Below, in pieces: positions 27,807 to 38,003 of a stretch of DNA of 64,000 bases. Source of the DNA: Polyangiaceae bacterium. Its GTDB lineage: Bacteria > Myxococcota_A > Polyangia > Polyangiales > Polyangiaceae. The notes under the pieces were generated by a model. The model was not told where the DNA came from. It searched no databases and saw only the letters and a list, made by a program, of their open reading frames with translations. How positions within the stretch are numbered: the first letter of the stretch is position 1; every line of letters starts with the position of its first letter. Location of the stretch: contig CBDCTZ010000016.1 in assembly GCA_965222375.1 (NCBI GenBank), positions 2,176,001 to 2,240,000 on the forward strand. Reading direction: 5' to 3'. The position numbers and the translations under genes were made by a program.

Positions 27807-29159
27807 ATGAAGCTTTCATCCACTCTACGTCTGGGTCTGTACATCGCAGCCGGTTTCGGTGCTGCCCTTGCCTGCCGGGCGGAGGGGTCGAGCGATGGCG
27901 GTGGCACAGGTGGAGCCGGCCAGAGTCAGTGTGATGCATTCCAAGGGTGTTGCGCCGGAGTCGCCGACGCGAACGTTCAGAAGCAGTGCAACGACGCATG
28001 GACCAACGCTCAGAACAGCGCCGACCCGGAGGGCGCCTGCGGTGCGGCCTTGGCTACCTACGTGCAAAGCGGTGTCTGCACGGCACCCGGCACTGGCGGC
28101 ACCGGTGCAGGTGGCGGCGCTGGTGGCACAGGCGCCAGCAGTGGCACGGGCGGCACGACAGGCGACGGTGGTCCCTGCGTGCAGGGGCCCGAGGACACCG
28201 AGGCGGCATGTTCCGACAACTGCGACAACGACGGCAACACCTACACGGACTGCGACGATTTCTCTTGCAGCAAGATCCCCGCCTGTCAGAAGCCCTCGGA
28301 GACTTCGAACGTGGCCTGCTCCGACGGCAAGGACAACGACGGCAACAAGTTCACGGACTGTGACGACAACGCCTGCAAGGAGCGCATCATCTGCAAGGGG
28401 GAGCAGAACAATGCGACCTGCTCGGACGGCAAGGACAACGACGGTGACGGCAAAAAGGACTGCGAAGACACCGGTTGCAACAACGAGGGCATCGTCGTGT
28501 GCAAGGGCGGCGCTCCGGTGAGCCCGCTTCCGGGCGAGAGCGAATGGCCCGGCCTAGTGAAAACCGCCTGCACCAACAAGGCAGACGACGACGGTGACGG
28601 CAAGACCGACTGCGCCGACTTCGGCTGCCGCGACAATTTCGAGGCTGTGGACTGCATGGACTTGCCGCCCGAGTCGGGCAACGCGGCCTGTTCCGACGGC
28701 ATCGACAACGACCAGGACGGCTTCAAGGATTGCGAGGACAATCGCTGCCAGGACGAGGGTGTCGTGGTGTGCAATGGCGCCGTGCCAGCAAGTCCGCTGC
28801 CGCCCCAGGCCCAGTGGGGCAGCCTTTCCAATATGGAGTGCAGCAACAAAACGGATGAAGACGGTGACAAGAACACCGACTGCGACGACTTCGGTTGCAG
28901 TCAGAACCCCGACGTCACGATTTGTCCCCAAGAGAACACGGACGCTCTTTGCTCCGACGGTAAAGACAACGACAACAGTGGCAAGGCGGATTGCGACGAC
29001 TTCTCGTGCAGCAAGAATCCCTTCATCACCGTTTGCGAGACGGGCTTCGCCAAGTGCAGCAATGGCTCGGATGATGACGGCAATGGCTTTGCCGACTGCG
29101 CCGACTTCTCCTGCACGCCGCCGCCGAACTCGAAGACGATCCTCCCGGCCTGCCTCTGA
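27807..29159 (+). CDS. Lipoprotein with about 8 Cys/Asp-rich Ca-binding repeats
   Basis: Lipobox ALAC; repeated CSDGKDNDGDxxxDCxD units. Confidence 0.85.
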   Translation: MKLSSTLRLGLYIAAGFGAALACRAEGSSDGGGTGGAGQSQCDAFQGCCAGVADANVQKQCNDAWTNAQNSADPEGACGAALATYVQSGVCTAPGTGGTGAGGGAGGTGASSGTGGTTGDGGPCVQGPEDTEAACSDNCDNDGNTYTDCDDFSCSKIPACQKPSETSNVACSDGKDNDGNKFTDCDDNACKERIICKGEQNNATCSDGKDNDGDGKKDCEDTGCNNEGIVVCKGGAPVSPLPGESEWPGLVKTACTNKADDDGDGKTDCADFGCRDNFEAVDCMDLPPESGNAACSDGIDNDQDGFKDCEDNRCQDEGVVVCNGAVPASPLPPQAQWGSLSNMECSNKTDEDGDKNTDCDDFGCSQNPDVTICPQENTDALCSDGKDNDNSGKADCDDFSCSKNPFITVCETGFAKCSNGSDDDGNGFADCADFSCTPPPNSKTILPACL

Positions 29160-29184
29160 GGCCCGTGCTGACCGCGCGTGGCCT

Positions 29185-29523
29185 TCAGCGCCTCGCGCGG
29201 CCGCCGGCCTTGATCTGAGCAAGCTCGTACTTGCCCAGCACGTTGCGCACCTGCTGCAGCGTCCCATCGGAAAGCTCGCCGTCCGTGACTTTCACTCGGG
29301 GCATGCGGTCCTCCTGAACCACGCGCACGTTGGCCCGACGGACCTTGGCCCGGCGAAAGACGTCGGACAGCTCGTTGGCCAGACGCTGCGGAAGCCGACC
29401 TCGAACCACATTTGTGCGGCCTTTTCGCACCTGCATCACAAAAAGCTCGTTCGAGCGGTAGATCGACCACGCGAAGGGTATGGCCAGCACCGCGAGGAAC
29501 AGGAGCCCATATAGAACACCCAT
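29185..29523 (-). CDS. DUF3634-like small membrane-anchored protein
   Basis: N-terminal TM, NELFVMQVRKG..VVRGRLP..QQVRNVLG. Confidence 0.65.
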   Translation of the reverse strand: MGVLYGLLFLAVLAIPFAWSIYRSNELFVMQVRKGRTNVVRGRLPQRLANELSDVFRRAKVRRANVRVVQEDRMPRVKVTDGELSDGTLQQVRNVLGKYELAQIKAGGRARR

Positions 29524-29575
29524 GGCGCGCAAAAACTTACGCTAGACGCTCCTCGCTCGCTACCATCAAGGGGCG

Positions 29576-30829
29576 TTGACCCGACAGCTGCCCAGTCGCT
29601 TTGGCCGCTACGTGCTCTTCGATCAAATCGGCGAAGGGGGCATGGCACGGATCTACCTAGGCCGTGAGCAAACCGACCTGGGCGCGGAGCGCCGCGTGGT
29701 GGTCAAGCACATCTTGCCGCTCTTTGCAGATAGCACCGAGCTGTCCCAACTCTTGATTGACGAGGCCAAGCTCGCAGCGCGCCTCTCCCACGGCAACGTG
29801 GTGCAGGTCCATGACCTGGGTCGGGAAGAAGACACCCTCTACATCGCCATGGAGTACGTGGAGGGATTCGACCTCTCGGCGCTGCTCAAGACCTGCTCCA
29901 AGCGCAAAGTCCCCCTACCCATCGAGTTCTCCCTGCTCATCGTGACCGAGACCCTGCGCGCCCTGGACTACGCCCATCGCAAGAAAGACGATGAGGGCAA
30001 CCCCCTGGGGCTGGTACATCGAGACGTATCGCCATCCAATGTGCTGGTTGCCTTTGACGGTCAGATCAAGATCTGCGACTTCGGAATCGCCCGGGCCATC
30101 GGGCTGGATGGAACCCTGCCCGACGCGGCCATTCAAGGCAAGGCGGGTTACATGAGCCCGGAAGCGGCGCGGGACGAAACGGTGGACGCGCGCAGCGACC
30201 TCTTTGCGGTGGGAGTGATCCTGTGGGAGTTGCTCGCCGGGCGGCGTTTCTACAAGCGCGAAGGCGGCAAACCTCCGAATCTGGAGCAAGTGAAGAACGT
30301 CGTCGTGACGCCTTTGCCCAGCCGCAACCTGCCCCAAGAAGCTGAGCTGTACGGCATCGTGATGCGGGCTCTGGAGAAGGAGCCCGACAAGCGCTTTGCC
30401 TCCGCGAAGGAGATGCTGCGGGAGCTCGAGACCTACATCGGCAGCAGCGGGCTGTTCGCCAGCTCCCTAAAGCTCGGGCAATGGCTCACCGACAATTTCG
30501 GAGCTGAAATCGTCGAACTACGGCGGGCACGGGAAGCCGCCAGCCACGAAATAGACTCCGGGCCGGCCGCCCCCGACCCCTCGGAGGTCGTGCCCGGCGC
30601 AGAGGCCCTCGAAGCCCCGCAACCCAACGAATCGGCTGCCCCGGGCGTGCCTTCGGCAGCTACTTCCGGGCCGCTGCCGGGCGACGCGCCGCCGACCCCG
30701 CCGGACTGGATGCAGCCACCGCCCGTCGTGCCACCGGTTCAACCCGAGAAGAGCAACGCCAAGCTGATCGGGCTGGTTGTCGGACTCTTCGTGCTGATCG
30801 TCATCCTGCTCCAATTCATGCGTCCTTGA
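29576..30829 (+). CDS. Membrane Ser/Thr protein kinase
   Basis: GEGGMA, HRDVSPSN, DFG, YMSPE, C-terminal TM. Confidence 0.95.
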   Translation: MTRQLPSRFGRYVLFDQIGEGGMARIYLGREQTDLGAERRVVVKHILPLFADSTELSQLLIDEAKLAARLSHGNVVQVHDLGREEDTLYIAMEYVEGFDLSALLKTCSKRKVPLPIEFSLLIVTETLRALDYAHRKKDDEGNPLGLVHRDVSPSNVLVAFDGQIKICDFGIARAIGLDGTLPDAAIQGKAGYMSPEAARDETVDARSDLFAVGVILWELLAGRRFYKREGGKPPNLEQVKNVVVTPLPSRNLPQEAELYGIVMRALEKEPDKRFASAKEMLRELETYIGSSGLFASSLKLGQWLTDNFGAEIVELRRAREAASHEIDSGPAAPDPSEVVPGAEALEAPQPNESAAPGVPSAATSGPLPGDAPPTPPDWMQPPPVVPPVQPEKSNAKLIGLVVGLFVLIVILLQFMRP

Positions 30830-30868
30830 CCGCCCACGACCCCGGGCATCAGCGCTATACCCTCGGGC

Positions 30869-33115
30869 ATGCGCCTCGCCCGCGTGGCCGTGCCCGTGCC
30901 CTTGGGGCAGGCGTTCACCTACGAGGTGCCGCCGGAGCTAGCCGATCAAGTTGTTGCTGGCGCCCGCGTCTTGGTGGAGTTTGGCCGCCGGCGCGTATTG
31001 GCGGTGGTGCTGTCGGCGTACGATGGGGAGCCAGACTTCGACGCGAACAAGCTCAAGCCGCTGGTCGCCCTCGTGGACGCCGAGCCCGTCTTTCCCAACG
31101 AACTGTTGGAGTTCTTGGTTCAGCTGGCGCGCTACTACCTTGCGCCCCTGGGTGAAGTGATGCGACTCGCCCTGCCGGCGGTTGAACGCTCCGCTAAGGC
31201 CCGGTTGCTCCAAGAGGGCATTGCTCAAGCACAAGCCCTAGCCACGGTTGGGCGAATGGTGCAGTGGGCAGCTGCGATCGACCCCGCGCCGGATGCTCCA
31301 CTGCCTCGGGGCCAAGCCAAGGAGATCTTGGAGCAGTTGCGCGGCTCGGGGCCGAGTGCCGTCGCGGAACTCGCCAGCCAATGGTCCAATGCGCGCCCCG
31401 CACTCAAGCGCTTGGCGGCAGCCGGCCACGTCTCCCTGGAGCAGCGACCTGCCCAACGGGATCCCTTCTTTTCCCAAGCAGTGCCGACGGACACGGCCCC
31501 GAAGCTCACTGCCGCCCAAGCCGAAGCCCTGGGCCGCGTGAACCAGGCCTTGGGCGAGGGCGGCCCGAAGTCCTTCTTGCTGCAGGGTGTTACGGGATCC
31601 GGCAAGACCGAAGTGTATCTGCGAGCGGTGGGGCAGGTGGCTCGAGAGGGGCGCGGGTCCATCGTGTTAGTGCCGGAAATCGCGCTCACGCCCCAGTTGG
31701 TATCGCGCTTTCGCGCGCGCCTCGGCGACGACATCGCGGTGTTGCACAGTGGGTTGACGGAAAACGAGCGTCATCAAATGTGGCGTGCGCTGCGCAGCGG
31801 CCGGGTGCGCATCGCCATTGGCGCCCGCTCCGCCTTATTCGCTCCCGTGCAGTCTTTGGCGCTGATCTGCGTCGACGAAGAACACGATGGTTCCTTCAAG
31901 CAAGAAGAGGGCGTGCGCTACAACGCTCGCGACATGGCGCTCCTCCGAGCCCATCGTGCCGGCGCGGTGTGTCTGCTGGGCAGCGCGACGCCATCTGTTT
32001 CGAGTGAAGCCTTGGTGCGCGGACAGAAGCTCGAGCGCTTGGTGCTCCCGGATCGCGCCTACAGCGCTGCCACCTTGCCCAGCGTGGAGATCGTGGATCT
32101 GCGTCGCGTGGGCCCGGGGCCCAGCGGCCACCGCCTGCTTTCCCTCACACTGCACCGTGCTCTCGAGCGCACCCTCGAAGCCAAAGAGCAGGCCATCCTG
32201 TTCCTGAATCGTCGCGGCTTCGCGCCCACCTTGCTGTGCGAAGCCTGCGGACATCTGGCCGAGTGCCCCAACTGCGCCGTGTCCCTGACCTTGCACCGCC
32301 GCGGTGGTGCCGCGTTGCGTTGCCACTACTGCGACTACGGGATCCCGGTGCCGAACCAATGCAGTGCCTGCAAAAGCATTCGGCTCAGCGAAGAGGGAGC
32401 GGGCACCGAGCGCATCGAAGCTGCGCTGACGGAGACGTTTCCGACGGCTCGCATCGGCCGGCTCGATCGTGACGTCGCGGCCGGAGTGAAGAGCGAACGC
32501 ATTCTGGCGCAGATGCGCGCCAAAGAGCTGGACGTCTTGGTCGGCACGCAAATGGTCACCAAGGGTCACGACTTGCCCGAGGTCACTCTGGTCGGCGTCC
32601 TCAATGCGGATTCGGCGCTCAGTCTGCCGGACTTTCGCGCGGCAGAGCGCACTTTTCAGCTCCTGGTACAAGTCGCGGGGCGTGCGGGGCGCGGCGATCG
32701 CCCTGGCAGTGTCTTGATTCAAACCTATCAGCCCGATCACCCGGCCATCGTCTTGGCCGCGCGCCACGATGTCGTGTCTTTTCTCGATCGCGAGATGCAG
32801 GCTCGCAAAGAGCTGCGCTATCCTCCCTATTCCCGCATCGCGCTTGTCAGGGTCGACGCCGTCGAGGAACGAGTTGCCGAGCGTGCCGCCGAAGGCCTGG
32901 CCAAAGTCGCCGCGGGGGCCTGCAAAGACGGCGCCGAGATCTTGGGCCCCGCGCCCGCACCGTTGGCACGTCTGCGCAATCGCTACCGCTATCGCTTCAT
33001 GCTGCGCAGTGCGTCTCGAGGCCCCCTGCGAGATGCCCTCCTCGCCGTGGCCCGCGCTCGGGAAAACTCGAAGGTGCGTGTTGCCATCGACGTCGACCCG
33101 ATGAGCATGCTGTGA
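30869..33115 (+). CDS. priA: Primosomal protein N'
   Basis: GVTGSGKTEVY, DEEH, two Zn-finger CxxC pairs, QVAGRAGR, DVDP end. Confidence 0.97.
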   Translation: MRLARVAVPVPLGQAFTYEVPPELADQVVAGARVLVEFGRRRVLAVVLSAYDGEPDFDANKLKPLVALVDAEPVFPNELLEFLVQLARYYLAPLGEVMRLALPAVERSAKARLLQEGIAQAQALATVGRMVQWAAAIDPAPDAPLPRGQAKEILEQLRGSGPSAVAELASQWSNARPALKRLAAAGHVSLEQRPAQRDPFFSQAVPTDTAPKLTAAQAEALGRVNQALGEGGPKSFLLQGVTGSGKTEVYLRAVGQVAREGRGSIVLVPEIALTPQLVSRFRARLGDDIAVLHSGLTENERHQMWRALRSGRVRIAIGARSALFAPVQSLALICVDEEHDGSFKQEEGVRYNARDMALLRAHRAGAVCLLGSATPSVSSEALVRGQKLERLVLPDRAYSAATLPSVEIVDLRRVGPGPSGHRLLSLTLHRALERTLEAKEQAILFLNRRGFAPTLLCEACGHLAECPNCAVSLTLHRRGGAALRCHYCDYGIPVPNQCSACKSIRLSEEGAGTERIEAALTETFPTARIGRLDRDVAAGVKSERILAQMRAKELDVLVGTQMVTKGHDLPEVTLVGVLNADSALSLPDFRAAERTFQLLVQVAGRAGRGDRPGSVLIQTYQPDHPAIVLAARHDVVSFLDREMQARKELRYPPYSRIALVRVDAVEERVAERAAEGLAKVAAGACKDGAEILGPAPAPLARLRNRYRYRFMLRSASRGPLRDALLAVARARENSKVRVAIDVDPMSML

Positions 33116-33205
33116 GGCTCCGTCGCCAACCCAGCAGCGCCAACCACAGGTTGGCAGACACTCGCGCGACCCGACAAGAACAGTCGTTTTCGGCGGTTCC
33201 AGCAC

Positions 33206-33220
33206 CGGCACGCCCCTTGC
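33206..33220 (+). promoter_or_regulatory. sigma54 -24/-12 promoter
   Basis: CGGCACGCCCCTTGC, near-consensus, 15 nt upstream of ATG 33236. Confidence 0.7.
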
Positions 33221-33235
33221 GAGGCATCTTGTTCC

Positions 33236-34243
33236 ATGGGCAAACAATCCCTCGCACTGGGCGCGGTTGCGGCGACTTGCCTGCTTGGTTTGGCCTGCAC
33301 CGGCGAGATTGCTGACGATCCAAACGGCGGCAGCAGCGGCACTGCAGGCGTCGCCGGTACCGGCGGTAGTGGCGGCAGCGGGAACGTCAGCAGCGGGGGC
33401 TCGGGGAACGCCGGATTCGGCGGAACTGCGGGCAGCTCGGGGTTCTCCGGTGTTGCGGGGCAGTCTGGGTCGGGCGGCACGACGTCGACGGGCGGTACGA
33501 CCTCGACGGGCGGTACGACCTCGACGGGCGGTACGACCTCGACGGGCGGTACGACCTCGACGGGCGGTACGACCTCGACGGGCGGTACGACCTCGACGGG
33601 CGGCACGACGTCGACGGGCGGCACGACGGGTTGCCCCGCCAGCGGTGTCGTGAATCTCTCCAAGTGGAATTCGAGTCCGTGGGTGGCTGCCGCATCAGGC
33701 ACGGCGGAGCAGGTCTTCACCTTGTCGAACCAAAAGTGGAAGCACTACGAACGATTCGACCTGAGCATGGACTTCACTGTGCGTACCCTCGAAGTCCCCT
33801 TTGTCTGCTTCCTGGAGCTGCGCGCGCGGCCCTGGCGCTACTTCTCGGTTTGCTTCAAAAACGGCAACTACCAGGGCGATACCAAGAAGAAGCTGATCTA
33901 CGTGGCCTACGACGAGAACTCATTTGAATACCTCGTGAAGCAATACACCTTGGTCAACAACAAGGACTACTCCCTCAATATCGTTTGGGACGCCAAGGCA
34001 CTGCAATCCACCCTCACGCTCACGCCCGCAGGCGGCGCCCCGATGACGCTCACGCGAAACCCCATCACCAGCTCGCTGGTTGCCCAGAACCAGAACCTCG
34101 ACTTGCAGGTCGGCTTCAACACCAACCACGCCGACTACAAGAAGGGCATCATCAAAGTGCCGTGGAAGTGGGAGTTCCGAAACCTCAGCGTCAAGCTGAC
34201 GCCCGGCGGCCCCTACGGCAGTGAGGCTCCTGCTTGCAAGTAG
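33236..34243 (+). CDS. Lipoprotein with a GGTTST linker and a beta-sandwich domain
   Basis: Lipobox GLAC; low-complexity linker; aromatic-rich beta domain. Confidence 0.8.
   Translation: MGKQSLALGAVAATCLLGLACTGEIADDPNGGSSGTAGVAGTGGSGGSGNVSSGGSGNAGFGGTAGSSGFSGVAGQSGSGGTTSTGGTTSTGGTTSTGGTTSTGGTTSTGGTTSTGGTTSTGGTTSTGGTTGCPASGVVNLSKWNSSPWVAAASGTAEQVFTLSNQKWKHYERFDLSMDFTVRTLEVPFVCFLELRARPWRYFSVCFKNGNYQGDTKKKLIYVAYDENSFEYLVKQYTLVNNKDYSLNIVWDAKALQSTLTLTPAGGAPMTLTRNPITSSLVAQNQNLDLQVGFNTNHADYKKGIIKVPWKWEFRNLSVKLTPGGPYGSEAPACK
33473..33630 (+). repeat. 18-bp coding tandem repeat (GGCGGTACGACCTCGACG), about 8.5 units
   Basis: Directly visible; encodes GGTTST. Confidence 0.95.
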
Positions 34244-34342
34244 GCCGACGCCGTAGGGACCACGCTGACCGCGCCCGGGATGCGCACGCTGTAAGGCTTT
34301 TTCGCCGGCAGCGTTGGGCAAAAACGAGTAGAAAGTCTCCCC

Positions 34343-34888
34343 GTGCGCGTTTCCCTAGTGCTCTTGACCAGCGCGGCCGCCCTGGCCGCATTCAGCTGGT
34401 GCCCGCCCGCCCGCGCTGCCGAGGGGCAGTGGCATGTTGGTGGCGGTCTGGGCGCGGCGACCTTTTCGAACACGGATTCCGGCTTCGGCCCCGCCGTTGG
34501 TTTGCAGGGCGCCTACGAGTTCAGCGATATGTTCGACATTCACTTCGAGCTGTCCGCTTCCCAGCACCAGTTCGTCGACGGTGTCAGCACGAACTTCTAC
34601 GGCGTCAATGCCGGCTTCGTCTATAAGATCGACATTATCGAGTGGGTTCCGTACATCGGCCTCTACGGCGGTGTGTACCGCTTCAACAACGAGGTCTTTC
34701 CCGCACCGCTCAAGCAGACCGAGCTCGGCATCGGCGTGCCCCTCGGTCTCGACTACTCTTTCTCGCGCAACTTCGCCGTTGGCGCCCAGCTCCGCTACCA
34801 CGGCTTCATGAGCGACCCCATGAGCTCCCTTGGCGACGCGCCCTACTTCCTCGCGCTGCTGCGCGCTGAGTATCGCTGGGGTTGGTAA
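34343..34888 (+). CDS. Small outer-membrane beta-barrel protein (OmpW/OmpA-like)
   Basis: Signal peptide, VPYIGLYGG, terminal AEYRWGW. Confidence 0.85.
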   Translation: MRVSLVLLTSAAALAAFSWCPPARAAEGQWHVGGGLGAATFSNTDSGFGPAVGLQGAYEFSDMFDIHFELSASQHQFVDGVSTNFYGVNAGFVYKIDIIEWVPYIGLYGGVYRFNNEVFPAPLKQTELGIGVPLGLDYSFSRNFAVGAQLRYHGFMSDPMSSLGDAPYFLALLRAEYRWGW

Positions 34889-34890
34889 CC

Positions 34891-35051
34891 CTAGCGAGCT
34901 TCCCGCTCGGTTGTTGAAGGATTGGTTTTTGGGGGATGGCGCGCTCGGGGCGTCATCGAGAGTTCTTCGCGGTTCGGCCTGACCGCATGACTCCCCCCTG
35001 CAAACTCGCAGCATACGATGCGGTGAGCTGCGGGAGCAGACCTCGCTCTAG
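34891..35051. repeat. Possible MITE or palindromic intergenic element
   Basis: CTAG-bounded imperfect inverted repeats, internal CTCGCAGC..GCTGCGGGAG stem, TTGGTTTTTGGGGG motif shared with other intergenic repeats. Confidence 0.35.
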
Positions 35052-35380
35052 AATCCAAATCCTGCAGCCGACTCCAAGTCATCGAAGAAAGGGCTAGGCA
35101 GCGGGAGTCGAGGAAGATTTCCCAGGCACATCCAATGCATTGAAGTGCCCGATTCCGCCGCAGTTCATAGCGACGCAGAAGCCGATTCCGGCATTGAAGC
35201 TGGCACTGATACGGGTGACGACGCGACGGTCACGAAGTTCGCCTGTAGCATCGGCCCTGGCGGCCGGTCCGCACTTGACGCTCAAGCTCATGGATGTCGG
35301 CGAGCCTGCGTTGGAGTTCAGCCAATCCATCTCCTGCGGCGCACAGATCGGGAAGCCGCTGCCGGATGAGATCGGCGGAC

Positions 35381-35443
35381 GCGGTGCGAGCAAGAGCGCA
35401 GCCCGTCGGCGATTCGTGCAGATGACAGCTGAATGGCTTGAAG
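35381..35443 (+). repeat. 63-bp direct repeat, copy 1
   Basis: 58/63 identical to 37941-38003. Confidence 0.9.
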
Positions 35444-35788
35444 AATGGCGCCATCGCGACATCAGCGACCTCACGACTCGTGCTCAGTGTGATGAGTGAC
35501 TGGAGAGCACACCAAAGCACCTCAGCACATGAAAGCGCGGAGGCGGCACCGCAGCGACACCGCACGCTCTTGATGGACAACTGTCCAGCGCGAGAATCCA
35601 GCGGAAAGCGGTGCCGGACATCCCCTGGCGGCGTCGCCATGGCACGGATTGGCACAACCCTGGGGAGCCCACGAAACATCCTCGCGCCAACCGCTTGGAT
35701 TTCGCTGCTGGCGCGAGCTTTGCTTCGGAGTCGCGAGCCGCGCGCCAACGCCCTCTCGCAAGCACGCGACCGCCGGGCCAGCTTAGAA

Positions 35789-37369
35789 ATGACGACGGAT
35801 TCAGGACAGACAACGACGGCCAAAACGTTTGCGCCTGGTTGGCTGTCATCACTCAAGCAACGCCGGCCAGCCAGCGCTTGGCCGAGCGAACGGCCTCTGC
35901 ACTGGGCGGTGACCGGCGTGGTTTGGGGGTGCTGTCTGTGGGCGATTCTGACTTGGGCCTACGTGGCCTTCAGCCGCGTGGGATATCCCTACGAGTTGGA
36001 ATGGATGGAAGGGGGCGTGCTCGGGCATGTCGACAGAATCCTCCAAGGCAAGCCCATCTACCAAGCACCTGCCGCCGAGTTCACACCATTCCTGTACGCA
36101 CCGCTCTACTACTACTTCGCTGCCGTCGCGACATGGCTGTTCGGGGTCGGGCTCCCCGCGCTCAGGGCTGTCTCGGTGGCGTCCACCTGTGTGACCCTGT
36201 TGCTGCTCTATGCGCTTGTGCGAAAGGAGACCGGCAGCCGCACCCACGGAATGCTTGCAGCCGGGATCTACGCGGCCACGTTCGAACGGAGCGCCATGTG
36301 GTTCGACGTGGCACGAATCGACTCCTGCGCCCTCGCGCTCGGCCTCGGAGGTCTGTACTTGGCGCTCAACGCAACCCGACTCCGCGGCGTCGCCTTCGCG
36401 GGGCTGCTGCTCGCTCTAGCAACTCTGACCAAGCAGACCGCCGTTGTGCTAGCTCCCGTGTTATTTCTGTGGAGTTGGCGGCGCTGGGGCTGGCGGGGCG
36501 CAGCTGCATTCGCGGGCACGCTGGTCGGCGTCGGGATCTCGTTTACGGCCATCATGACGTGGCTGTCTGATGGCTGGTACTGGTATTACACCGTCGAACT
36601 CCCACTCTCCCACGGCAATGATCGGCGCGAGTTCTTGATCGTCGACTTCTGGCGCCAGGAGATGTTTGCGACTCTACCGATCCTGGTCAGTGGCGCGCTG
36701 CTGATGGCGTTTGGGTTTCCGACCCTGACGGGTGGTGCCCGGCATTGGACGATCGTGCTTGGCGCTTTGTCGTTGGTGCTCGGGTCCTACGCGAGCCGAT
36801 TGCATATGGGCAGCTACTACAACGACTTGATGCCCGCGCATCTCGCACTGGCCTGGGTCTTTCCGATCGCCGCTCATGGCTGGGGCGGGGCTCTTAGCGG
36901 GCTGCGCGCCCTGCGCGCGCGAAGCGCCGCCCTCGGGCTGACCGCCCTGCAGCTCTATCTGCTCATCGGCACGACCGACAAGCACATTCCCACGCAGGAA
37001 GATCGCGCGACGGGGGATGCCCTCGTTGCATACATTCGGGCGCAGCCCGGTGACGTGCTCGTCGTCAATCACCCGCACCTGGCGAAGATGGCCGGCAAGA
37101 TCCCCCGTGCCCACTTCATGGCAATGATTGACGTAATGCTGACCAAAAAGGATCCTCACAAGCTGCGCGACAGGCTCAGGTCGGAGTGGGTGCCGCTGTT
37201 TGAAAGAAAGCACTTTTCGACAATCATCGCTGACAACGATTGGCACCCGTTCTGGCCCGAGTTGGCGCGACACTATCGCGTCGAACGCAAGCTCGAACGT
37301 TGGGACAAGGGATTGACCCCAAAAACGGGCACGGACTTCCGTCCCGCGCTCGTGCTTGTACCGAAGTAG
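35789..37369 (+). CDS. GT-C fold membrane glycosyltransferase (ArnT/PMT_2-like)
   Basis: YPYELEWMEG, PFLYAPLYY, WFDVARIDS, LTKQT, many TM helices. Confidence 0.85.
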   Translation: MTTDSGQTTTAKTFAPGWLSSLKQRRPASAWPSERPLHWAVTGVVWGCCLWAILTWAYVAFSRVGYPYELEWMEGGVLGHVDRILQGKPIYQAPAAEFTPFLYAPLYYYFAAVATWLFGVGLPALRAVSVASTCVTLLLLYALVRKETGSRTHGMLAAGIYAATFERSAMWFDVARIDSCALALGLGGLYLALNATRLRGVAFAGLLLALATLTKQTAVVLAPVLFLWSWRRWGWRGAAAFAGTLVGVGISFTAIMTWLSDGWYWYYTVELPLSHGNDRREFLIVDFWRQEMFATLPILVSGALLMAFGFPTLTGGARHWTIVLGALSLVLGSYASRLHMGSYYNDLMPAHLALAWVFPIAAHGWGGALSGLRALRARSAALGLTALQLYLLIGTTDKHIPTQEDRATGDALVAYIRAQPGDVLVVNHPHLAKMAGKIPRAHFMAMIDVMLTKKDPHKLRDRLRSEWVPLFERKHFSTIIADNDWHPFWPELARHYRVERKLERWDKGLTPKTGTDFRPALVLVPK

Positions 37370-37391
37370 CAGAGTGTTTCCGAGATACTCT

Positions 37392-37660
37392 CACAGAGGG
37401 AGGCCGCCGCTTCGATGATCAACACGGAGCGGGACATTCCCTGCGGCTCGGCCTGCCCCAGCGGTTGGGCCTGCATGTCCGTTGAGGGCACAAACGTGTG
37501 CTTCCTTGAGAAGCAAGTCGAAGCTTCGGGCGGTGGCTGCGGGTTGCCGCGCCACAGGCCGCAGGGCCCGAGAGTACCGAGCTACGTGTTTCTGCTGGGC
37601 GTGCTGGTCGCCAGCTGGCGGCGCCGCAGGCGCCAGCGTCGAGCCACAGGACTGAAGTAG
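37392..37660 (+). pseudogene. Orphan 3' fragment of a MYXO-CTERM protein
   Basis: GGGCG + TM + RRRRR tail with no signal peptide or body upstream. Confidence 0.55.
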
Positions 37661-37669
37661 GAGAGAGCG

Positions 37670-38003
37670 ATGCGAATCCGGATGGTGAAGCGTGCAACTG
37701 TGGCAGCAAGTCTGATGGTCGCCACCATGGCCGGCTGCAGCGACAGCAGTGAGGAAAAGCTGCACCTGCTGAACGACAACAAGGTCGACGATTCGGAGCA
37801 GGTTCGCTTGCGCGCGCTGCAGACCATGAAGGTTGTGAGCATTGACAATACCTCGGAGGAACAGACGGAAATTGGGGTTCCGGTTGGTAGTTGGGATGAA
37901 TTTGTGAACTCGCAGATCCCCGCGGCGATTCAAGCAGAGTGCGGTGCAAGCAAGAGCGCAGCCCGTCGGGGATTCGTGCAGGTGACAGCTGAGAGGCTTG
38001 AAG
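37670..38003 (+). pseudogene. Lipoprotein truncated by an IS481 relic
   Basis: AGGAG RBS, lipobox MAGC; similarity to the 35381 copy stops exactly at the IS end. Confidence 0.55.
37941..38003 (+). repeat. 63-bp direct repeat, copy 2
   Basis: See 35381-35443. Confidence 0.9.

Noticed and set aside
31835..33247. 470-aa antisense ORF
   Set aside because: Shadow of priA.
33473..33630. Tandem array as CRISPR or iterons
   Set aside because: No spacers; it is an in-frame coding linker.
35438..35788. N-terminal 117-aa extension of the glycosyltransferase
   Set aside because: Low-information sequence from an upstream TTG; ATG 35789 is more plausible.
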